Source of the DNA: a virus
Lineage: Duplodnaviria; Heunggongvirae; Uroviricota; Caudoviricetes
Reading direction: 5' to 3' (one strand)
IMG/VR virus record: IMGVR_UViG_3300029518_000136
Length of the DNA: 5,211 nt
Position numbers and translations under genes: made by a program. Shown here piece after piece: positions 1-5,211 of this stretch (position 1 is its first letter; every line of letters starts with the position of its first letter). The notes beneath the pieces were generated by a model. That model ran no database searches, was not told the DNA's origin, and saw nothing but the letters and a program-made list of their open reading frames with translations.

Positions 1-640
1 TGTTGATGACCACGAACTGGTGCGCGCAGGGATACGACGCATTCTGGAAGATATAAAGGGTATAAAAGTCGTCGGTGAGGCATCGTGCGGTGAAGACGCC
101 GTTAAGTGGTGCCGGACAAATGCCGTTGACGTGGTGCTAATGGACATGAGTATGCCGGGCATTGGCGGTCTTGAGGCGACGCGTAAAATCGCGCGTTCCA
201 CAGCTGATGTCAAAATCATCATGCTTACCGTCCATACAGAAAACCCTTTACCAGCGAAAGTCATGCAGGCCGGTGCTGCTGGCTACCTCAGCAAAGGCGC
301 GGCTCCGCAGGAAGTCGTGAGTGCGATCCGTTCTGTCTATTCAGGGCAGCGTTACATTGCTTCTGACATCGCTCAACAAATGGCGTTAAGCCAGATCGAA
401 CCAGAAAAAACAGAAAGCCCATTTGCCAGTTTGTCTGAACGTGAATTGCAGATTATGCTGATGATCACCAAGGGCCAGAAGGTCAATGAGATCTCAGAAC
501 AGCTCAATCTCAGTCCGAAAACGGTGAACAGCTACCGCTATCGTATGTTCAGTAAACTAAACATTCATGGCGATGTTGAGCTGACTCACCTGGCAATTCG
601 CCATGGTCTGTGTAATGCGGAGACATTATCAAGTCAGTGA
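1..640 (+). CDS. uvrY: Response regulator UvrY (BarA/UvrY two-component system, NarL/FixJ family); 5'-partial, about 6 N-terminal codons lie upstream of the window
   Basis: Frame starting at nt 2 translates [20 protein letters not shown]..., so the tool's GTG start at 20 is internal. Receiver-domain motif [14 protein letters not shown] and a C-terminal LuxR/FixJ-type HTH ([42 protein letters not shown]). Stop TGA at 638-640 overlaps the uvrC GTG start (GTGA). Protein matches my recollection of E. coli UvrY. Confidence 0.93.
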   Translation, partial: VDDHELVRAGIRRILEDIKGIKVVGEASCGEDAVKWCRTNAVDVVLMDMSMPGIGGLEATRKIARSTADVKIIMLTVHTENPLPAKVMQAGAAGYLSKGAAPQEVVSAIRSVYSGQRYIASDIAQQMALSQIEPEKTESPFASLSERELQIMLMITKGQKVNEISEQLNLSPKTVNSYRYRMFSKLNIHGDVELTHLAIRHGLCNAETLSSQ

Positions 641-2469
641 GTGATCAGTTTGACGCAAAAGCGTTTTTAAAAACCGTAACCAGCCAGCCAGGCGTTTATC
701 GCATGTACGATGCTGGTGGTACGGTTATCTATGTCGGCAAAGCGAAAGACCTGAAAAAACGGCTTTCCAGCTATTTCCGTAGCAACCTCGCTTCGCGCAA
801 AACCGAAGCGCTGGTCGCCCAGATCCAGCAAATTGATGTAACGGTTACTCATACAGAAACCGAAGCGCTGTTGCTGGAACACAACTACATCAAACTCTAT
901 CAGCCGCGTTACAACGTTTTGCTACGCGATGATAAATCTTATCCCTTTATCTTCCTGAGTGGCGATACCCATCCGCGTCTGGCGATGCATCGTGGTGCGA
1001 AGCATGCTAAAGGTGAATATTTCGGCCCGTTCCCGAATGGCTATGCCGTACGTGAAACACTGGCGCTACTGCAAAAGATTTTCCCCATTCGCCAGTGCGA
1101 AAATAGTGTTTATCGCAATCGCTCGCGTCCGTGTCTGCAATATCAGATAGGGCGCTGTCTGGGACCGTGCGTTGAAGGACTGGTGAGTGAAGAAGAATAC
1201 GCTCAGCAGGTCGAGTATGTGCGCCTGTTTTTGTCTGGCAAAGATGATCAGGTGCTTACGCAACTCATTAGCCGTATGGAAACTGCCAGCCAGAATCTGG
1301 AGTTTGAAGAAGCGGCACGTATTCGCGACCAAATTCAGGCGGTGCGACGCGTCACCGAAAAACAGTTTGTGTCCAATACCGGCGACGACCTCGACGTTAT
1401 TGGTGTGGCGTTCGATGCGGGAATGGCTTGTGTCCATGTATTGTTCATTCGTCAGGGCAAAGTGCTCGGCAGCCGCAGCTATTTCCCGAAAGTGCCTGGC
1501 GGTACGGAACTGAGCGAGGTGGTAGAAACCTTCGTAGGTCAGTTCTATTTACAAGGCAGCCAGATGCGCACCTTACCGGGTGAGATCCTGCTCGATTTTA
1601 ATCTTAGCGATAAAACGCTGCTCGCCGATTCCCTTTCAGAACTGGCGGGACGCAAGATTAATGTTCAAACCAAACCTCGCGGCGATCGGGCGCGTTATCT
1701 GAAACTCGCGCGCACCAATGCGGCGACGGCCTTAACCAGCAAACTTTCGCAGCAATCTACCGTTCACCAGCGACTGACCGCGCTTGCCAGCGTGTTGAAA
1801 TTGCCGGAAGTGAAGCGGATGGAGTGCTTTGACATCAGCCATACCATGGGTGAACAAACCGTCGCTTCCTGTGTGGTGTTTGATGCTAACGGCCCGCTGC
1901 GTGCGGAGTATCGGCGCTATAACATTACTGGCATCACGCCGGGCGATGATTATGCGGCGATGAATCAGGTGCTGCGTCGGCGTTATGGTAAAGCCATTGA
2001 CGACAGTAAGATCCCGGATGTGATCCTTATCGACGGCGGCAAAGGCCAGCTTGCGCAGGCGAAAAATGTCTTCGCCGAACTGGATGTCTCATGGGATAAA
2101 AATCATCCGCTGCTTCTTGGCGTTGCCAAAGGAGCAGATCGTAAGGCTGGGCTGGAAACGCTGTTCTTTGAGCCGGAAGGTGAGGGATTTATTTTGCCGC
2201 CAGATTCTCCCGCGCTGCATGTTATCCAGCATATTCGCGATGAATCACACGATCACGCGATTGGCGGGCACCGTAAGAAACGGGCGAAGGTCAAAAATAC
2301 CAGTTCCCTGGAAACCATTGAAGGCGTCGGGCCAAAACGTCGGCAAATGTTGTTGAAATATATGGGCGGTTTGCAAGGTTTACGTAACGCCAGCGTTGAG
2401 GAAATTGCAAAAGTGCCGGGTATTTCGCAAGGTCTGGCAGAAAAGATCTTCTGGTCGTTGAAACATTGA
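637..2469 (+). CDS. uvrC: Excinuclease ABC subunit C (UvrC), 610 aa, GTG start
   Basis: N-terminal GIY-YIG nuclease signature ([24 protein letters not shown] ... YNV), central UvrBC-interaction region, C-terminal helix-hairpin-helix ([40 protein letters not shown]). Length and N-terminus [14 protein letters not shown] match E. coli UvrC as I recall it. 4-nt overlap with the uvrY stop. Confidence 0.95.
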   Translation: MSDQFDAKAFLKTVTSQPGVYRMYDAGGTVIYVGKAKDLKKRLSSYFRSNLASRKTEALVAQIQQIDVTVTHTETEALLLEHNYIKLYQPRYNVLLRDDKSYPFIFLSGDTHPRLAMHRGAKHAKGEYFGPFPNGYAVRETLALLQKIFPIRQCENSVYRNRSRPCLQYQIGRCLGPCVEGLVSEEEYAQQVEYVRLFLSGKDDQVLTQLISRMETASQNLEFEEAARIRDQIQAVRRVTEKQFVSNTGDDLDVIGVAFDAGMACVHVLFIRQGKVLGSRSYFPKVPGGTELSEVVETFVGQFYLQGSQMRTLPGEILLDFNLSDKTLLADSLSELAGRKINVQTKPRGDRARYLKLARTNAATALTSKLSQQSTVHQRLTALASVLKLPEVKRMECFDISHTMGEQTVASCVVFDANGPLRAEYRRYNITGITPGDDYAAMNQVLRRRYGKAIDDSKIPDVILIDGGKGQLAQAKNVFAELDVSWDKNHPLLLGVAKGADRKAGLETLFFEPEGEGFILPPDSPALHVIQHIRDESHDHAIGGHRKKRAKVKNTSSLETIEGVGPKRRQMLLKYMGGLQGLRNASVEEIAKVPGISQGLAEKIFWSLKH

Positions 2470-2525
2470 TGTCTCTGTAGCAACATAGGGGTAATCTTAC
2501 TGACAACAGATAGTTACCCGTCATT

Positions 2526-3074
2526 ATGCAATTTAATATCCCTACGTTGCTTACACTGTTCCGTGTCATCCTTATCCCATTCTTTGTATTGGTCTTTTAT
2601 CTGCCTGTCACCTGGTCGCCGTTTGCCGCCGCGCTCATTTTCTGCGTCGCGGCGGTGACTGACTGGTTCGATGGTTTTCTGGCACGCCGCTGGAACCAGA
2701 GTACCCGGTTTGGTGCTTTCCTTGACCCTGTGGCAGATAAAGTTCTCGTGGCTATCGCCATGGTGCTGGTAACCGAGCATTATCACAGCTGGTGGGTGAC
2801 CTTACCGGCAGCAACGATGATCGCCCGTGAAATTATTATTTCTGCGCTACGTGAATGGATGGCGGAGTTGGGTAAACGCAGTAGCGTGGCTGTCTCCTGG
2901 ATTGGGAAAGTGAAAACCACTGCCCAGATGGTGGCGTTGGCCTGGCTGCTGTGGCGTCCGAACATTTGGGTTGAGTACGCCGGTATTGCACTTTTCTTTG
3001 TGGCTGCGGTACTGACTCTGTGGTCAATGTTGCAATATTTGAGCGCTGCGCGTGCAGATTTGCTTGATCAGTGA
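2526..3074 (+). CDS. pgsA: CDP-diacylglycerol--glycerol-3-phosphate 3-phosphatidyltransferase (phosphatidylglycerophosphate synthase), 182 aa
   Basis: CDP-alcohol phosphatidyltransferase motif D-G-x2-A-R ... G-x3-D-x3-D ([27 protein letters not shown]), multiple hydrophobic transmembrane segments, length 182 aa. Conserved gene order uvrC-pgsA-tRNA operon. Confidence 0.94.
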
Positions 3075-3124
3075 TCGTTTCGGCGCAATTTTCAGCAAAC
3101 GATCAAAAGTGGTGAAAAATATCG

Positions 3125-3152
3125 TTGACTCATCGCGCCAGGTAAGTAGAAT
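3125..3152 (+). promoter_or_regulatory. Putative sigma70 promoter of the glyW-cysT-leuZ tRNA operon (-35 TTGACT 3125-3130, 16-nt spacer, -10 TAGAAT 3147-3152)
   Basis: Near-consensus hexamers with 16-nt spacing about 75 nt upstream of the tRNA-Gly 5' end; A-rich stretch just upstream (3105-3120) resembling an UP element; GC-containing segment directly downstream of the -10. Sequence-only prediction. Confidence 0.45.
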
Positions 3153-3225
3153 GCAACGCATCGAACGGCGGCACTGATTGCCAGACGATAATAAAATCAA
3201 GTGATTAACTGATTGCTTGATGAAT

Positions 3226-3301
<76 letters not shown>

Positions 3302-3355
3302 GTTTAAAAGACATCGGCGTCAAGCGGATGTCTGGCTGAAAGGCCTGAAGAATTT

Positions 3356-3429
3356 GGCGCGTTAACAAAGCGGTTATGTAGCGGATTGCAAATCCGTCTA
3401 GTCCGGTTCGACTCCGGAACGCGCCTCCA
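3356..3429 (+). tRNA. cysT: tRNA-Cys (anticodon GCA), 74 nt
   Basis: GGCGCGTTAACAAAGCGGTTATGTAGCGGATTGCAAATCCGTCTAGTCCGGTTCGACTCCGGAACGCGCCTCCA: acceptor stem GGCGCGT/ACGCGCC, anticodon loop with GCA, T-loop TTCGACT, encoded CCA. Confidence 0.95.
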
Positions 3430-3441
3430 CTTTCTTCCCGA

Positions 3442-3528
3442 GCCCGGATGGTGGAATCGGTAGACACAAGGGATTTAAAATCCCTCGGCGTTCGCGCTGT
3501 GTGGGTTCAAGTCCCACTCCGGGTACCA
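3442..3528 (+). tRNA. leuZ: tRNA-Leu (anticodon UAA), 87 nt, long variable arm
   Basis: GCCCGGATGGTGGAATCGGTAGACACAAGGGATTTAAAATCCC...GGGTTCAAGTCCC...CCGGGTACCA: anticodon stem-loop GGGAT-TTTAAAA-ATCCC with TAA anticodon, class II variable arm, T-loop TTCAAGT, encoded CCA. T-stem here reads GTGGG/CCCAC. Confidence 0.92.
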
Positions 3529-3567
3529 TGGGAAAGAATAGAATAATCAAAGCAATAAGCAGTGTCG

Positions 3568-3599
3568 TGAAACCACCTACGGGTGGTTTTTTTGTTTTT
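3568..3599 (+). terminator. Rho-independent terminator downstream of the tRNA operon
   Basis: 8-bp stem AAACCACC (3570-3577) / GGTGGTTT (3582-3589) closing a UACG (UNCG-type) tetraloop, followed by TTTTGTTTTTG. Confidence 0.65.
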
Positions 3600-3618
3600 G
3601 TGCTTCATGTTCACCATT

Positions 3619-3641
3619 GTTTCGCCATTCAGTTTCGCCAT
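3619..3641. repeat. Tandem direct repeat GTTTCGCCAT x2 (3619-3628 and 3632-3641) in the att-int spacer
   Basis: Two identical 10-mers with 13-bp periodicity read directly from the sequence, lying between the tRNA-operon terminator and the int 3' end. Candidate arm-type recombinase binding sites. Confidence 0.3.
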
Positions 3642-3664
3642 AAAAAGAGGGCATTACTGCCCTC
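3641..3664 (-). terminator. Hairpin with T-tract on the - strand at the int stop codon (putative int terminator)
   Basis: Perfect 7-bp inverted repeat GAGGGCA (3647-3653) / TGCCCTC (3658-3664) with a 4-nt loop containing the int stop codon; on the - strand it is followed by TTTTTA (plus-strand A-run 3642-3646). Confidence 0.4.
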
Positions 3665-4664
3665 CAACGACCGGAACAACTGAAATTCTTCGATTATATC
3701 TCGCTGTTTGTGAGGCGTTTTTATGACCTGAAATTTCTTGTTTCTCACTCAGCGTACCTTCAAGATCCGAAATTCCTTTAGCTTTTAGATCATGGAAAGT
3801 GAACTGGAAATCGAGGTCTGGATATTTCTCAGAAGCAAGTTTTTTAGTCTTCATCCATTGCGCATTAAAAGCATCGCGCGTGTATCGCAGACCTGATGGC
3901 TGGTGGATGACAAAAATACTTACCATCCCGCTGTTAAGATGAATGCTGTCAGCAAGATTAACGGCATCCTCCAGACGTTTTGTCCAGGCCTTGATCTGGC
4001 TAACTGCGGTTTTACTCTGCTGGATTAAAATTCCTTCGCTCAATAATTGACTCTTTTTTAGGTCAAGAATGTCTCCCTGGCGGGCACAACATAGATATGC
4101 CAACTCCATTGCAACTTTTACGGGAATAGAAGCAACGCTATAAAGTGCATCATATTCCCTGTCGCTAATATAACGGGTCCGAGCCTGCTCTTTAAATTGC
4201 TTCACTCCATGGCAAGGATTCATCTTCACCTTTCCTCGTTCGTATGCCCACCGAAACACCCTGGACATAAATGCTTTCTCGCGGTTAGCCTGAACTCTGC
4301 TCTTAACTCCTCGTTTATCCATATATTTTCTGATGTGCTCGGGCTTGATGTTATCCGGCTTCATTTTCCCGAAGACAACATTTACCTTTGAACCGTATTT
4401 TCTGTAGTCTTTACGTGTTTCAGTTGCTAACTCGTGGAAATCGCCGGAATTAAAGAACTCTTCACAAAGTGCGTTGAAGTTAGTACCAACCCTTAAATCG
4501 TTTATGAAGTTTTCGTAAGCTGCCCATACCTGCGATTTTGTTAGATCAGGATTGCACAACCTGACGGTACGACCATCTGTTGTACGAAACTCATAAGCAG
4601 ATTTTCCCCGACGAACGCGGGGAGGCATCCAGTTATCATCGGGGTTTTTGCGAGCTCTAGACAT
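3654..4664 (-). CDS. int: Phage-type tyrosine recombinase/integrase (lambda Int family), 336 aa
   Basis: N-terminal arm-binding-like region (NWMPPRVRRGKSAYEFRTTDGRTVRL, compare the lambda Int N-terminus pattern). Catalytic core aligns to lambda Int: box I Arg in ARQGDILDL, Lys in QQSKT, box II FTFHDLK (His present, Arg position is Lys), second His in SGHK, nucleophile Tyr in TARYNR. Position adjacent to a tRNA 3' end. Confidence 0.9.
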   Translation of the reverse strand: MSRARKNPDDNWMPPRVRRGKSAYEFRTTDGRTVRLCNPDLTKSQVWAAYENFINDLRVGTNFNALCEEFFNSGDFHELATETRKDYRKYGSKVNVVFGKMKPDNIKPEHIRKYMDKRGVKSRVQANREKAFMSRVFRWAYERGKVKMNPCHGVKQFKEQARTRYISDREYDALYSVASIPVKVAMELAYLCCARQGDILDLKKSQLLSEGILIQQSKTAVSQIKAWTKRLEDAVNLADSIHLNSGMVSIFVIHQPSGLRYTRDAFNAQWMKTKKLASEKYPDLDFQFTFHDLKAKGISDLEGTLSEKQEISGHKNASQTARYNRRISVVPVVGGQ

Positions 4665-4891
4665 TACATATCCTTAAAGTTTGGTTCTTCTTCCTCTGGA
4701 TTACTCACTATCAACTTAAGGCCAACCGGGTTTGATACATGATCCCATGTTGTTCCTGGTCTGCCGTCCTTACGTGGGATAAAAAATACCCCACTATCCC
4801 TCAGAGCTTTACACTGGAGGGAAGGGCGACGATAACCAGTTAATTGATAGAGGTCATCTGGAGTAAGAAAACGTTGGATTTGTCCGCTCAT
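4664..4891 (-). CDS. xis: Excisionase-like small DNA-binding protein (Xis), 75 aa
   Basis: Small ORF directly upstream of int, overlapping it by 1 nt (TAATG). Pattern YRRPSLQCKALRDSGVFFIPRKDGRPGTTW resembles the lambda Xis winged-helix region (RRPRSL...R...IFPPPVKDGREYLF). GGAG Shine-Dalgarno 8 nt upstream of the ATG. Confidence 0.7.
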   Translation of the reverse strand: MSGQIQRFLTPDDLYQLTGYRRPSLQCKALRDSGVFFIPRKDGRPGTTWDHVSNPVGLKLIVSNPEEEEPNFKDM

Positions 4892-4924
4892 ACATAGTTC
4901 TCCACTTAAACCGGCTGCACCCGG

Positions 4925-5203
4925 TTACTTCATTCTGTAAGCACACGATGAACAACCGTGACGGGTTCCATCGTTGCAATTGCGACATAATGGACTTTCT
5001 TTCGAACTTTTCCCATTTAGCTGACGAAGTATCTCTACTGGCACCATTACCGGCATTGGTACACGAATCACCATGCTTCTGAGTTCAGCAATTTCGTTTG
5101 CCTGTTCGAACACTCGCGCCTTACAGTATTCAGCTTCAGATTTCCACCATGCCACATCCGCTTTGAGGCGACGCCCACGCCGCTGCTTGAGTTTACTGGG
5201 CAT
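4925..5203 (-). CDS. Hypothetical small Cys-rich phage protein (C-x2-C-x7-C-x2-C zinc-ribbon-like C-terminus); possibly 5'-extended beyond the window
   Basis: 92-aa ORF upstream of xis with a basic N-terminus (KLKQRRGRRLK) and C-terminal CRNCNDGTRHGCSSC. The reading frame stays open to the window edge, so the true start may lie beyond 5211. Occupies the position that small ea-type ORFs occupy upstream of xis in lambdoid phages. Confidence 0.5.
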   Translation of the reverse strand: MPSKLKQRRGRRLKADVAWWKSEAEYCKARVFEQANEIAELRSMVIRVPMPVMVPVEILRQLNGKSSKESPLCRNCNDGTRHGCSSCAYRMK

Positions 5204-5211
5204 GAATATTC

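Larger units (their letters stand above)
3529..5211. mobile_element. Left end (attL-proximal arm) of a lambdoid-type prophage or integrative element inserted at the 3' end of tRNA-Leu(UAA); partial, continues beyond the window
   Basis: Integrase gene reading towards the tRNA 3' end, xis overlapping int, small phage-like ORF upstream, and a visible drop in GC content relative to the uvrY-uvrC-pgsA block starting right after the tRNA. Exact att core boundary cannot be defined without the other end. Confidence 0.75.

Noticed and set aside
667-2569. Seven tool-listed ORFs overlapping uvrC on either strand (667..882 -, 959..1150 +, 1066..1437 -, 1187..1513 +, 2051..2356 +, 2253..2486 -, 2291..2569 -)
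   Set aside because: All lie within or across the well-supported uvrC reading frame, have no recognisable motifs or ribosome-binding sites, and are typical spurious ORFs in GC-balanced coding sequence.
2514-3027. Antisense ORFs overlapping pgsA (2514..2786 -, 2783..2965 -, 2836..3027 -)
   Set aside because: Embedded opposite a conserved membrane-enzyme gene; low-complexity, Arg/Pro-rich translations typical of antisense frames.
3302-3355. Hairpin AGACATC...GATGTCT in the glyW-cysT spacer
   Set aside because: An expected inter-tRNA spacer structure for precursor processing; nothing unusual.
3529-3569. Possible IHF-like site in the A-rich segment aataatcaaagcaataagc just after the tRNA
   Set aside because: It does not satisfy the WATCAANNNNTTR consensus on either strand when checked by eye; only generic AT-richness, so not reported as a site.
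4197-4391. 64-aa + strand ORF inside int
   Set aside because: Antisense to the integrase catalytic domain, with no start context; spurious.

Overview
The window is an Escherichia coli-type chromosomal segment: the 3' part of uvrY (BarA/UvrY response regulator, 5'-truncated by the window edge), complete uvrC and pgsA, then the glyW-cysT-leuZ tRNA operon, all on the + strand. Immediately after the tRNA-Leu(UAA) 3' end the sequence becomes visibly AT-richer and carries, on the - strand, a lambda-family tyrosine integrase, an overlapping small excisionase-like gene, and a 92-aa Cys-rich ORF that runs to the window edge. This is the left (attL-proximal) end of a lambdoid-type prophage or integrative element inserted at leuZ. 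I see no CRISPR array, no IS element and no multi-gene defence-like cargo within this window; the element continues beyond position 5211, so any cargo lies outside. The most interesting items are the tRNA/prophage junction, an apparent Arg-to-Lys replacement at the conserved box II position of the integrase, tandem direct repeats in the att-int spacer, and the Zn-ribbon-like small ORF upstream of xis. The species and gene identities are recalled from memory of the encoded proteins, not from any search.
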